DNA of 64,000 bases. Source: Macrostomum hystrix (taxonomy: Eukaryota; Animalia; Platyhelminthes). Under the pieces are notes generated by a model. The model was not told the DNA's origin. It made no database searches and worked only from the letters and a program-made list of their open reading frames with translations. The stretch covers positions 5,580,001-5,644,000 of the forward strand of contig CATNEN010000029.1 of the NCBI GenBank assembly GCA_950097015.1, written 5' to 3'. Shown piece after piece: positions 1 through 12,593 of this stretch (within the stretch, counting starts at the first letter, position 1; every line of letters begins with the position of its first letter). The position numbers were made by a program, and so were the translations under genes.

Positions 1-372
1 TGAGTAAAGGCGTTTCTCTGCTCAGCATCTGACGCGAGTAAAATGAATTCATTAGCGGCCGAATAACTATTTTCACCACCCAGCGGATTGTCAAACCTTA
101 AAAAACGTATAAAGAAGCCTTATGAGAGATTTGGGATTCTTCCTTGTCACTCTGGTGGGAATATCGGGCCGGGCACTGGGATAGGAGGTCCGAAATGAGA
201 TTACAATTGCTCTTGCTACTGCTCGGTAACCGCACACACAGAGAGTGAATGAGGGAAGACGCATGAGCCAATAGCAGCAGCTGGTGCCGGATCCGGCCAT
301 ATAAACTCCCAAGAGTCGCTGATACAAGCGCACAGCCGGAGCAAGCACAGTGATTACTATAGCCCAGACTGC

Positions 373-747
373 ATGGCTTTGAATGCGTTCAAGCAGCCTC
401 TGCCGCTGCTGAGCAACCAGACCCTCTCGGACATTGGCCAAGAGGATTCGTTTCACATGTTCAAGAAGTACTTCATGTCCTGGTTCATGCCCATGCTGCT
501 AGGCATTGGCTTCTGTGGCACCTCAATTAACCTGTACATCATAGTGAAGTGTCGGGTGTTTCAGAAGACCACCTCGATTCTGTTCTCTGCACTGGCTATA
601 GCTGACATCGTCAACCTTGTGTTCGCAGCCACATACCTGTACGTGTCCGTGTACTGGGATTACGATCCCATGCGCTACTCCGCCGCCGGTTGCTACCTGG
701 TGCCTTACCTGGAGGCCATCGGCTACTGGCTATCGCCATGGATTCAG
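373..747 (+). CDS. Class A (rhodopsin-like, peptide-receptor-type) GPCR, exon 1 (N-terminus, TM1-TM3)
   Basis: MALNAF...FMPMLLGIGFCGTSINLYII...ALAIADIVNLV...GCYLVPYL...SPWIQ. TM1 GN-like motif, TM2 LAxAD, Cys at top of TM3. Donor CAG|GTAGCA at 748, phase 0. Confidence 0.85.
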
Positions 748-789
748 GTAGCACTTTGGCTGCGGGACTGAAGCCTGAGAGATTCTTCT

Positions 790-1250
790 CTGTACAGCTT
801 GTTGACATGGGGTGTACAGCTTGTTGAAATTGGGGTGTACAGCTTTTTGACATGGGTTGTACAACTAGTTGAAATAGGGTGTACAGCTAGTTGACATATG
901 GTGTACAGTTTGTTGAAATACGGTGTACAGCTTGTTGACATGGGGTGTTCAACTAGTTGAAATGGGGTGTACAGCTGGTTGAAATACGGTGTACAGCTTG
1001 TTGACATGGGGTGTACAACTAGTTGAAATGGGGTGTACAGCTAGTTGACATATGGTGTACAGCTTGTTGAAATGGGGTGTACAGCTTGTTGACATGGGGT
1101 GTACAGTTTGTTGACATGGGGTGTACAGCTTGTTGACATGGGGTGTACAGCTTGTTGACATGGGGTGTACAGCTTGTTGACATGGGGTGTACAGCTTGTT
1201 GACATGGGGTGTACAGCTTGTTGACATGGGGTGTACAGCTTGTTGACATA
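790..1250. repeat. 22-bp minisatellite (GTACAGCTTGTTGACATGGGGT)n
   Basis: Tandem copies visible directly, starting about 40 nt after the GPCR exon 1 donor. Confidence 0.95.
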
Positions 1251-2154
1251 GGGTTTAAACGGTTTCTAAACTGGGTTTACATGCAGTTACTATAAAGGGT
1301 GTACACTATACTGTCTCTTTGTGCTTCCACTAGCTGTATAGTTTTGTATAGATTTTGTTTTAGATATTCTGCTGTGTATGCCAGACTATGACTATGTTAG
1401 CTTTGCCACAATATCCTCTCGGATATGTCTCCAGTGTTAATTTTCTAGCTTAAGATTCTCAGTCACGATCGCAGTTTCGAAAGTGAAATCTGTGCATGCG
1501 GCTATCGCAGCTCAGAAGTCTCAGATAATGAGCGATAGTGTGCTCATTCTATTCAGCCAGTAACACCTGGAAAGAACTCTAACGGTCTGGGGCGCCCGGT
1601 TTCTGAAGGTCTTGCCGTGCAAACGTAGAACAGAATGTTTGAATGCAGACGGAATGCAGACTGGGTAAAGATAACGCTGTTATCTTTGACACTTGAAAAC
1701 TCAAGTTTATTTACCTTGAAGAAGGTTAATAAAATAGTTTATTAGGCTAGTTGAAAGTCGGTTGGACTGGCTCAAGGTCACACCATGAGATGTAGATAAG
1801 TTAAGATAGGACTCAGAAAATATTAACAAGAGCGTTTAGCAGCAGACCATTTCAAATACGCACATTTTTCCTGCATCGCCCAAAGTATTCAACCAAACGT
1901 CATAAAAATCCAGATTCACGAAAATCTGTGTTGTTTCTCCCAGGGGAAAAAGCGAGGTCTTCCTCCTGTTTAGAATATTTTGTTGGTAAGTCAAATGGAG
2001 ATAATGTTGCTGTGATGGGGGCTGTGAGAACTGGCATATTCGGTTGACTCCTGAGCACACGCGCACGCACAGATACCGTACAGCCGCGGATTCGAGCTCA
2101 CGAACTTTGGTGCTAGTGGCAAACCACTCTGCGATATTTTTGCATCGTATATAA

Positions 2155-2448
2155 GAATAATTAATTACACCTGCCCCATTGGGCCAGATGTGCAGCCGAC
2201 AGAACAGCCGCAGCTATTGCGCGGCGCATCTGAAGGCTGCGTACGGCTGTTCAGTCCATGGACTGGGGGGACGCCACACCCACCTTCAATTATCCCAGCT
2301 AATGCTGGTATCCCATTTAACAGCTGGGTGAACTGAAGCAATGCAGAGTTAAGTGTCTTGCTAAAAGACACAAATTGTTTCCAGTGGAGTCGGGAATCGA
2401 ACCCCCGACCTTCAAGTCGTGAGTCCGACGCTCTGACCACTAGGCTAC
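2155..2448 (-). mobile_element. tRNA-derived SINE with CORE-like central domain
   Basis: Minus strand: A-box TAGCCTAGTGG, B-box GGTTCGATTCC. Then TGTGTCTTTTAGCAAGACACTTAACTCTGCATTGCTTCAGTTCACCCAGCTGTTAAATGGGATA, which resembles the MIR/CORE consensus as I recall it (TGTGTGACCTTGGGCAAGTCACTTAAC...TCAGTTTCCTCATCTGTAAAATGGGGATA). AT-rich tail. Confidence 0.8.
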
Positions 2449-2779
2449 AACTTCAGCGTATAACACTTTTACGCTGAATTCTATAATCAATGCATCCACA
2501 CTTAACCGATTCCGACGCCATTAACGTCTGTAAGAAGTGTCCTTACTCGTAGTAGTGGCTACATAATCATTTCAGCCGTGAAACAATCATTCAGGCCATT
2601 TATAGTACACTCGAATGCATTAATCTAGTTAGCAACTATACATCTGGGTCACTGTCCATCACTGTCCCTAGTCCCTTACACTGCCGGCGCCTCTTCTCAG
2701 CTCGGTCATTCGTGCTCGAGGCTGCAAATTTGCATTTGGAATATAAAAATATCACTGCGGAACTGTAGACCCCATGTCA

Positions 2780-5700
2780 CTATCTGTTTGTTTCAGAATC
2801 TGTTTATCTCAATGTATGTTTATCGCAGTATCTGTTTATCTCAGTATCTTTTTATCTCAGTATCTGTTTATCTCAATATCTGTTTATCTCAGTATCTTTT
2901 ATCTAAGTATCAGTTATCTCATATCTGTTAAATCAGTATCTGTTTATCTCAGTACCTGTTTATCCCTATGTCTGATTTAATAGTATCTGTTTATCTCAGT
3001 ATGTTTTATCTCAGTATCTGTTTATCTCAGTATCTATTGATCTCAGTATCTTTTATCTAAGTATCAGTTATCTCATATCTGTTTATCTCAGTATCTGTTT
3101 ATCTCAGTATCTGTTTATCTCAGTACCTGTTTATCTCAATGTCTGCTTTCAAATTATCTGTTTATCTCAGTATCTGTTTATCTCAGTGCCTGTTTATCTC
3201 AATGTCTGTTTATCGCAGTATCTGTTTATCTCAGTACCTGTTTATCTCAATGTCTGCTTTCATAGTATCTGTTTATCTCAGTATCTGTTTATCTCAGTGC
3301 CTGTTTATCTCAATGTCTGTTTATCGCAGTATCTGTTTATCTCAGTATCAATTTATCTCAGTATCTGTTTATCTCAGTATCTGTTTATCTCAGTATCTGT
3401 TTATCTCAGTATCTGTTTATCTCAGTATCTGTTTATCTCTGTATCTGTTTATCTCAGTACCTGTTTATCTCAGTATCTGTTTATCTCAGTATCTGTTTAT
3501 CTCAGTATCTGTTTATCTCTGTATCTGTTTATCTCAGTATCTGTTTATCTCAGTATATTTTATCTCAGTATCTGTTTATCTCTGTATCTGTTTATCTCAG
3601 TATCTGTTTATCTCAGTATCTGTTTATCTCAGTATCTGTTTATCTCAGTATCTGTTTATCTCTGTATCTGTTTATCTCAGTATCTGTTTATCTCAGTATA
3701 TTTTATCTCAGTATCTGTTTATCTCAGTATCTGTTTATCTCAGTATCTGTTTATCTCAGTATCTGTTTATCTCAGTACCTGTTTATCTCAATGTCTGCTT
3801 TCAAATTATCTGTTTATCTCAGTATCTGTTTATCTCAGTGCCTGTTTATCTCAATGTCTGTTTATCGCAGTATCTGTTTATCTCAGTATCAATTTATCTC
3901 AGTATCTGTTTATCTCAGTATCTGTTTATCTCAGTATCTGTTTATCTCAGTACCTGTTTATCTCAATGTCTGCTTTCATAGTATCTGTTTATCTCAGTAT
4001 CTGTTTATCTCAGTATCTGTTTATCTCAGTATCTGTTTATCTCAGTATCTGTTTATCTCAGTATCTGTTTATATCTGTATCTGTTTATCTCAGTACCTGT
4101 TTATCTCAGTATCTGTTTATCTCAGTATCTGTTTATCTCAGTATCTGTTTATCTCTGTATCTGTTTATCTCAGTATCTGTTTATCTCAGTATATTTTATC
4201 TCAGTATCTGTTTATCTCTGTATCTGTTTATCTCAGTATCTGTTTATCTCAGTATCTGTTTATCTCAGTATCTGTTTATCTCAGTATCTGTTTATCTCTG
4301 TATCTGTTTATCTCAGTATCTGTTTATCTCAGTATATTTTATCTCAGTATCTGTTTATCTCTGAATCTGTTTATCTCAGTATCTGTTTATCTCAGTATCT
4401 GTTTATCTCAGTATCTGTTTATCTCAGTATCTGTTTATCTCTGTATCTGTTTATCTCAGTATCTGTTTATCTCAGTATATTTTATCTCAGTATCTGTTTA
4501 TCTCAGTATCTGTTTATCTCAGTATATTTTATCTCAGTATCTGTTTATCTCAGTACCTGTTTATCTCAATGTCTGCTTTCATAGTATCTGTTTATCTCAT
4601 TATCTGTTTATCTCAGTGCCTGTTTATCTCAATGTCTGTTTATCGCAGTATCTGTTTATCTCAGTATCAATTTATCTCAGTATCTGTTTATCTCAGTACC
4701 TGTTTATCTCAATGTCTGCTTTCATAGTATCTGTTTATCTCATTATCTGTTTATCTCAGTGCCTGTTTATCTCAATGTCTGTTTATCGCAGTATCTGTTT
4801 ATCTCAGTATCAATTTATCTCAGTATCTGTTTATCTCAGTATCTGTTTATCTCAGTATCTGTTTATCTCAGTATCTGTTTATCTCAGTATCTGTTTATCT
4901 CAGTATCTGTTTATCTCAGCATATTTTATCTCAGTATCTGTTTATCTCAGTATCTGTTTATCTCAGTATCTGTTTATCTCAGTATCTGTTTATCTCAGTA
5001 TCTGTTTATCTCAGTATCTGTTTATCTCTGTATCTGTTTATCTCAGTATCTGTTTATCGCAGTATATTTTATCTCAGTATCTGTTTATCTCTGTATCTGT
5101 TTATCTCAGTATCTGTTTATCTCAGTATCTGTTTATCTCTGTATCTGTTTATCTCAGTATCTGTTTATCTCAGTATCTGTTTATCTCAGTGTCTGTTATC
5201 TCAGTATCTGTTTATCTCAGTGTCTGTTATCTCAATGTCTGTTTATCTCAGTATCTGTTATCTCAGTGTCTGTTATCTCAGTGTCTGTTTATCTCTGTAT
5301 CTGTTTATCTCAGTATCTGTTTATCTCAGTATATTTTATCTCAGTATCTGTTTATCTCAGTGTCTGTTATCTCAGTGCCTGTTATCTCAGTGTCTGTTTA
5401 TCTCAGTGTCTGTTATCTCAATGTCTGTTTATCTCAGTGTCTGTTATCTCAATGTCTGTTTATCTCAGTGTCTGTTATCTCAGTGTCTGTTATCTCAGTG
5501 CCTGTTATCTCAGTGTCTGTTATCTCAGTATCTGTTATCTCAGTGTCTGTTATCTCAGTGTTTGTTATCTCAGTGTCTGTTTATCTCAGTATCTGTTTAT
5601 CTCTGTTTCTGTTTATCTCAGTATCTGTTTATCTCAGTATCTGTTTATCTCAGTGTCTGTTATCTCAGTATCTGTTTATCTCAGTGTCTGTTATCTCAAT

Positions 5701-6000
5701 GTCTGCTTATCTCAGTATCTGTTTATCTCTGTATCTGTTTATCTCAGTATCTGTTTATCTCAGTATCTGTTTATCTCTGTATCTGTTTATCTCAGTATCT
5801 GTTTATCTCAGTATCTGTTTATCTCAGTGTCTGTTATCTCAGTGTCTGTTATCTCAGTGCCTGTTATCTCAGTGCCTGTTATCTCAGTGTCTGTTTATCT
5901 CAGTGTCTGTTTATCTCAGTGTCTGTTATCTCAGTGTCTGTTATCTCAGTGTCTGTTATCTCAGTGTCTGTTATCTCAGTGTCTGTTATCTCAGTATCTG
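2780..6000. repeat. 16-bp minisatellite (ATCTCAGTATCTGTTT)n, about 3.2 kb
   Basis: Visible tandem array in GPCR intron 1. It produces the spurious SVSVYLSICLSQYLFI ORFs. Confidence 0.97.
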
Positions 6001-7124
6001 TCAATCTTACTTTTGTTCTTTGTCCAATATTGGCCTGGATACAGTGCTCACTGCCTGTGTGTGCTCAAGAGCCGCTCATGAAGCTGGATTGTTGGAATAA
6101 AACTTTTTTTGCTTACATTCCGATTCGCGCGCTAATTAATGCTGGAAGTGGAAAAAAGCTAGTGATCGAAGCGAAAATTGCGGAAGGCAGTTATCCGCAA
6201 TCAATCAGTTTTGACGTGTACTTTTCTTCCATTCACCTCGGCTAATCTCCGGCGGCATTCCTGTGGCAATAGAAATGTTAGTACGGACTATAATACGACT
6301 GTAATGATTCGGTGATCTTTGATTCTGATTATTCCGTTCATTCTTGAGTAAACAAGCCCTCTAATGCCGTAATTCTTTAATTATCATACAGTACACACTC
6401 ATTGTGCCTTATGCCTGCAATTGCGCGACAAGGCATTCTCAAAGCGGCTGCGTCACGAAAAAAATGTAGAACTCGCGACCTTTGGCGTGTGTTTATTCCA
6501 AATTACACCAGTTGAATAAATAATTTTCACCCTTTCGTCGTACTTAAAATACCCACCCCCCGAGGTCATTCTACTGACAACAATGAGTCATTGAGAGTCC
6601 AATGTACAGTCAAGAGCCATCTAGAGTATTTGGTAGCTATCGGATCTCTCTATTTTTCAGGATTCTCCAGATTAGAAAGCAAATGGTAGATGCGAATCTT
6701 CTAATAGCAACATTCAGTTTGCCTAGTGGATTAAGACAGGGGACTATGACACACTTTCCCGCATTCTGCCAGTCTTCACAAGCTATTTACAAAGAACTCA
6801 TTCTTGTCCCAAGCAGTGGGGCTAGCTGATTTACAGACCTCGCCAGAGCCTCTGACAATGAAATCTGTGCTGACAGCTCGCAATTTGATTGCTGACAGCT
6901 CTGGCTTCTCCTCCGCTGAAGCAATAATTGGGGTAGAGTAGAGCAGCTTAAGGGGCCAAATGGTCTCAACGTCTGATTGAATTTGCTTTGCAATTTTTGA
7001 GCAGCTAGTTCTCAATGCCATTTTTAGCGTATATTTTGTACTACTTGAATCACTGCCCATTGTTGCAGATTTCGAAGCAATTCATCAGCGCATTTCGTCA
7101 TTATAAAATGGGAATTTTAAATCT

Positions 7125-7675
7125 ATGGGGATTTCGTGGTACTATGGGGATTTCGTGGTACTCTGGGGATTTCGTAGTTCAACTATGGAATTTCGTAGTT
7201 CAACTATAAGGATTTCGTAGTTCAACTATGGAATTTCGTAGTTCAACTATAAGGATTTCGTAGTTTAACTATGGGGATTTCGTGGTACTATGGGGATTTC
7301 GTAGTTCAACTATGGAATTTCGTAATTCAACTATAGGGATTTCGTAGTTCAACTATGGAATTTCGTAGTTCAACTATAAGGATTTCGTAGTTTAACTATG
7401 GGGATTTCGTGGTACTATGGGGATTTCGTAGTTCAACTATGGAATTTCGTAATTCAACTATAGGGATTTCGTAGTTCAACTATGGGGATTTCGTAGTTAA
7501 ACTACTGGATTTCGTAGTTAAACAATGTTTATTTCTTAGATAAGTTATGGGGATTTCTTAGATAAGCTAAGGGAACTTTTTAGTTAGATTATGGGGATTT
7601 CGTGGTTAAACTGTGGGAAATTGTAGTTAAGCAATTGGGATTTCGTGGTTAAACTTTGGGGATTTCGTATTTAAA
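7125..7675. repeat. ~22-bp minisatellite (GGGATTTCGTAGTTCAACTAT-like)
   Basis: Tandem copies degenerating towards the GPCR exon 2 acceptor. Confidence 0.9.
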
Positions 7676-7737
7676 CTAGAATGATTCTTTTTTATTTAAA
7701 ATCTCCCCCGCTCTCCCACCACGCCCATGGATCCCAG

Positions 7738-8679
7738 GCGGTGATATCATTCCACCGCATGCTGGCTATCCGGTTCCCTTTGCGCATTCGTCAGTGGCTG
7801 ACAGCCAAGCGGACTCGCTACCTGCTGTGTGGCCTGTCAGTCCTGGTGGTTGTCTACGCTCTCATTGTGCCCGCCTGTCATCGATGGACCAAGCAGCCAC
7901 CGCCTGACATTGTCAACAACGCAAGCGTCGATCCAGAGGCAAAGCCATCGACAGTAGCGGCGGCTGGCGTCTGCGACAAGCGCGGCCGAGAATTCGTCAT
8001 TTACTACTCTCACGGCCTATTTGGCTCAATCGTGCCCTTCTTCATAATGATTCTCTGCACCTGCCTCATTGTCTACTTTGTCTGCCAAAGTCGCAGTCAC
8101 GTGCTGCGCACCTTCCGTCGGATGAGCGTCCGTCAGGCCCGGCTGCTGAGGTCCCAGCTGACCGCTGGCGGCAACAACGGGGCGGCCGGCAGTCAGCGGC
8201 GCCTCCTCTCGACCACGTCTGCTGCGCCAGACGGCGGCATCGTCGAGCTCCGGGGCTTCGTCGGTTGCCGTAGCAACCGGATCCAGCACGGAGAGACGCA
8301 TCACCCAGATGCTGATCCTCATGAACGTGACCTACTTTGTCACTAACGGATTCGCCGGCCTGTTTCTTATCTCGAAGGTGCACCTCACCACCGGCAGCGG
8401 CTCCGAGTTCGCCCGAGTCTGGACCATGCTCCACAGATTCTTTGACGTCTGCGCCTGCGTCAACAACAGCACCAACTGGATCTTCTACCTGGTGTCTGGC
8501 AGGAAGTTCAGGGAGAAATTTCTCAGCCTGCTGCTGGGCTGCTGCAGAAGAGGCGGCGGCGATATCGGCGGGGCGGGCGGAGAGGCTCGGCTGAGGCATT
8601 TTCGTCTGCAGGCAGCAGCGGCCTCCACTTTGCAGCAACAGCAGCAGCAGCAGGTGTTTTCGCAGCAGCCAATGTCAAC
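7738..8679 (+). CDS. GPCR exon 2 (end of TM3 to TM7 and proximal tail), with one frameshift in the third intracellular loop
   Basis: Acceptor CCCAG|GCG at 7737 joins WIQ|AVISFHRMLAIRFP (DRY-equivalent HRM). TM4/TM5 lie in the 7681 frame. ERRITQMLILMNVTYFV (TM6) and NNSTNWIFYLVSGRKFR (TM7/helix 8) lie in the 8309 frame, which is open from 8162. Donor AAC|GTAAGT at 8680. Confidence 0.85.
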
Positions 8680-8749
8680 GTAAGTGCAATTGTGTCCCTT
8701 GCATTTGTAAACAATTCATCATTTGACGTTCGCAAAGATATAAAAAAAC

Positions 8750-9560
8750 ATTAGATTCGGAAGGTTACCCATTCGATTCAGAAGGTTTCCCATTAGATTC
8801 AGAAGGTTGCCCATTAGATTCAGAAGGTTGCCCATTAGATTCAGAAGGTTGCCCATTAGATTCAGAAGGTTGCCCATTAGATTCATAGGGTTGCCCATAA
8901 GATTCATAGGGCTGCCCATTAGATTCATAGGGTTGCCCATTAGATTCAGAAGGTTGCCCATTAGATTCATAGGGTTGCCCATTAGATTCAGAAGGTTGCC
9001 CATTCGATTCAGAAGGTTGCCCATTAGATTCAGAAGGTTGCCCATTAGATTCAGAAGGTTGCCCATTAGATTCAGAAGGTTGCCCATTAGATTCATAGGG
9101 TTGCCCATAAGATTCATAGGGCTGCTCATTAGATTCATAGGGTTGCCCATTAGATTCAGAAGGTTGCCCATTAGATTCAGAAGGTTGCCCATTAGATTCA
9201 GAAGGTTGCCCATTAGATTCAGAAGGTTGCCCATTAGATTCATAGGGTTGCCCATAAGATTCATAGGGCTGCCCATTAGATTCATAGGGTTGCCCATTAG
9301 ATTCAGAAGGTTGCCCATTAGATTCATAGGGTTGCCCATTAGATTCAGAAGGTTGCCCATTAGATTCGGAAGGTTGCCCAATTAGATTCAGAAGGTTGCC
9401 CATTAGATTCAGAAGGTTGCCCATTAGATTCAGAAGGTTTCCCATTAGATTCAGAAGGTTGCCCATTAGATTCAGAAGGTTGCCCATTAGATTCATAGGG
9501 TTGCCCATTAGATTCAGAAGGTTGCCCATTAGATTCGGAAGGTTGCCCATTAGATTTCCA
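8750..9560. repeat. 21-bp minisatellite (ATTAGATTCAGAAGGTTGCCC)n
   Basis: Visible array filling most of predicted GPCR intron 2 (8680-9710). Confidence 0.95.
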
Positions 9561-9629
9561 AGATTCCCTTCTTTTTAAGGTCTCTTTGGATTTTGAGGGT
9601 TCCTTTATGGACCAGGCAGCTAATGAGAT

Positions 9630-9647
9630 TTTATTATTATTATTATT

Positions 9648-9678
<31 letters not shown>

Positions 9679-9680
9679 AT
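9630..9680. repeat. (TTA)n(TTG)n microsatellite
   Basis: Directly visible, about 30 nt upstream of the exon 3 acceptor. Confidence 0.9.
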
Positions 9681-9710
9681 GTTTCATGCACGCCTGTCTT
9701 ATTGGGACAG

Positions 9711-10095
9711 GTCTCCTAGTCTGTCCAAGCAGCTGCCGCAGTCGATACAGAAGTACCATCAGCAGCAGCAGCTGCAATCAACAGCGACTGGTCATCGAAA
9801 TCAAAGCAAATTTCAAAACGAAAGCAACAGCAGCAGCAGCAGCAGCGGCGAAGAGTTAAGATCCAATTTTGAAGCATCCAATGGAAACAGCCTAGTCGTA
9901 GCCAGGAGGCCACGCCGCCGATGCCGCAATAGCCGTGGTCATGAAGAAGAACGAAGGCCGCTTGTTGTCGTTGAGGCGGCGCCGGCGGCAGCGGCGACGG
10001 AGGCGGAGGCGGAGGCGGAGGCGAAGGCAGGCTTGAAGCTGCGGCAAGTCAATCGTGGCGTTGAAATCACAATCGACTGCACATCGTCTGTCTAG
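9711..10095 (+). CDS. GPCR exon 3 (C-terminal tail ending ...IDCTSSV*)
   Basis: Acceptor GGACAG|G at 9710. Phase 2 matches the 8680 donor (AC+G = Thr). The frame is open with low-complexity Gln/Ser/Ala/Glu sequence to TAG at 10095. Confidence 0.65.
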
Positions 10096-10319
10096 GCTAT
10101 AATTGGCTATTTTTCTTTTAAAATAGTGCTTGTATCTAGAAAAGCATTTCCATTTATGGACCTTTGGCAATCAGTAAATTGTAGGATTTCCTTGTGAAAA
10201 TACAACATAAGCGTGACATTTGTACTTATTTAGCAGCAATGTAAAATTCTTTAATATTGCGTTATTTTTTTACTAAATAATCGCCTAAAAATTCTTTGTG
10301 CGTTTGTACATTAGGCTTT

Positions 10320-10594
10320 TGCTGCTCAAACTGCAGCACAGACAGAGAGAGAGAGAGAGAGGGAGAGTTCGGCTGCTCAAACTGCAGCTCAAACAGAGAG
10401 AGAGAGAGAGGGAGAGTTCGGCTGCTCAAACTGCAGCTCAAACAGAGAGAGAGAGAGAGAGGGGGAGAGTTCGGTTGCTCAAACTGCAGCTCAGACAGAG
10501 AGAGAGAGAGAGGGAGAGGGAGAGTTCGGCTGCTCAAACTGCAGCTCAGACAGAGAGAGAGGGAGAGTTCGGCTGCTCAAACTGCAGCTCAAAC

Positions 10595-10627
<33 letters not shown>

Positions 10628-11070
10628 TCGGCTGCTCAAACTGCAGCTCAGACAGAGAGAGAGGGAGAGTTCGGCTGCTCAAACTGCAGCTCAGACAGAG
10701 AGAGAGAGGGGGGAGAGTTCGGCTGCTCAAACTGCAGCTCAGACAGAGAGAGAGGGAGAGTTCGGCTGCTCAAACTGCAGCTCAGACAGAGAGAGAGGGA
10801 GAGTTCGGCTGCTCAAACTGCAGCTCAGACAGAGAGAGAGAGGGGGGAGAGTTCGGCTGCTCAAACTGCAGCTCAGACAGAGAGAGAGAGGGGGGAGAGT
10901 TCGGCTGCTCAAACTGCAGCTCAGACAGAGAGAGAGAGGGAGAGTTCGGCTGCTCAAACTGCAGCTCAGACAGAGAGAGAGGGGGGAGAGTTCGGCTGCT
11001 CAAACTGCAGCTCAGACAGAGTAAGAGAGAGAGAGAGAGTTTGGTTGCTCAAACAGCAGCTCAGACAGAC
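10320..11070. repeat. ~45-50-bp minisatellite with variable (GA)n spacer (GGAGAGTTCGGCTGCTCAAACTGCAGCTCAGACA(GA)n)
   Basis: Visible tandem copies. Confidence 0.95.
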
Positions 11071-11701
11071 CGTTTGGCTGCTCAACGTGCCTTTTAGCTC
11101 TACTCTGTCAAATGCTTCTTAGGCGTGTTTTAACATTATTATTTGTTTAAAACATGTACCTAAAAATCATAGCAGTGATATCTAGTGATATTTCGAGATA
11201 TTGCGAGGCAAAAAATAACCTTAAACATTTTCAAACGAGACAGATTTATTTAATGAGGAAAATGAAAATGGATTGATATTTTTATTAAGTTGCTCTGTTT
11301 AATTAGTTATTCACTGGGACAATCAATCACTTCCTGGTGTCTAAGCATAATGCGATTTCTATTGGTTTGACTAGCTCAATGTACTTGAATCAGAAATCAA
11401 ACCCCAGCAGAGCCTTTCTTACATTCCTTACCGCGTGTTCTGCACCCACCCCACTCCGCTCTATTCTCATTGGTTTAGCGCGCAAGTGCCAATAGAAGAC
11501 AAGTACAATTTGAAAACCTCAGCAAATCAGGTTGTACACGCGCGCGCTGCAAGCTGGACTATTTTCAAAGTAAAAATCGAAGGACTTACTGGAGAACAAA
11601 ATAAATAACTAGCACATGCCACCGCCAGAAAGACAGACGGGCTGGGTACACAGGCACACAGGCAGCGATTCTGTTTTCAATAGCAATACCCATTAGACGC
11701 C

Positions 11702-12001
11702 ATGCAGGGGAGAGACAGCACCTACGGTCCAAACAACAACAATGACAACGCAATGCAGAAGGTAGAGTCTCAGCCCTGCCTGTTGGCCGAGGCCGAGTCT
11801 AGTCCGGATCAGATGCTGCCCCCTGACTGCAAGCGCCAAGACGATCAGCTGAAGTGCAAGTCCCAGCAGCGGTCCTGGTCGAAACGCCTCGGGCCGGCGG
11901 CGCTCACCATAGCCGGCGACAAGGTGCGCTTCGAAAAGTGCCAAGTTGTCGATCTGGACATTGTATCTAGGGATCCGGATGGCCTCAACAGTCATTGCAG
12001 G
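11702..12001 (+). CDS. cav: Caveolin, long alternative first coding exon (1A)
   Basis: Ends ...DLDIVSRDPDGLNSHCR, the conserved caveolin DLxxRDP motif. Donor AGG|GTGAGA at 12002, phase 0, in frame with the FEDIIAEP exon. Confidence 0.75.
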
Positions 12002-12019
12002 GTGAGACCTTTTGAAACT

Positions 12020-12565
12020 CTTGAGTAGCTGTCTGAGTAGCTTATGGGATCTTGAGTAGCTCAATGGGATCTTGAGTAGCTCAATGGGATCTTGGGTAGC
12101 TCAATGGGATCATAAGTAGCTCAATGGGATCATAAGTAGCTCAATGGGATCTTGGGTAGCTCAATGGGATCATAAGTAGCTCAATGGGATCATAAGTAGC
12201 TCAATGGGATCATAAGTAGCTCAATGGGATCATAAGTAGCTCAATGGGATCATAAGTAGCTCAATGGGATCATAAGTAGCTCAATGGGATCATAAGTAGC
12301 TCAATGGGATCATAAGTAGCTCAATGGGATCATAAGTAGCTCAATGGGTTCATAAGTAGCTCAATGGGATCATAAGTAGCTCAATGGGATCATAAGTAGC
12401 TCAATGGGATCATAAGTAGCTCAATGGGATCATAAGTAGCTCAATGGGATCATAAGTAGCTCAATGGGGTCATAAGTAGCTCAATGGGGTCATAAGTAGC
12501 TCAATGGGATCATAAGTAGCTCAATGAGATCTTGAGTAGCTGTCTGAGTAGCTCAATAGGATCTT
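12020..12565. repeat. 20-bp minisatellite (AGTAGCTCAATGGGATCATA)n
   Basis: Visible array starting 18 nt after the exon 1A donor. Bracketed by a 22-bp direct repeat TTGAGTAGCTGTCTGAGTAGCT (12021-12042, 12532-12553). Confidence 0.95.
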
Positions 12566-12593
12566 AAGGGATGGGATGGGATCTCCCAATTGA

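Noticed and set aside
2060-2135. Second tRNA/SINE head (minus strand GCAGAGTGG...GCTCGAATCC)
   Set aside because: Both boxes are degenerate and no body or tail is recognisable.
2380-2448. Functional tRNA gene
   Set aside because: A and B boxes are present but I could not form an acceptor stem, and the sequence continues into a CORE-like body. This is a SINE head.
2774-6245. Long ORFs (up to 769 aa) over the 16-bp array, and similar ORFs over the arrays at 0.8, 8.8, 10.3, 14.5, 17, 20-33, 52.5 and 60-63 kb
   Set aside because: They are translations of stop-free minisatellite monomers, open in several frames and often both strands, and several lie in introns of recognisable genes.
6790-6972. 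Possible minus-strand exon nested in GPCR intron 1
   Set aside because: Two frames are open and there are plausible AG/GT ends, but no recognisable protein motif or partner exons.
9586-9710. N-terminus of the 169-aa ORF (poly-Leu)
   Set aside because: The poly-Leu comes from the TTA/TTG microsatellite. Only the part after the acceptor at 9710 is treated as coding.
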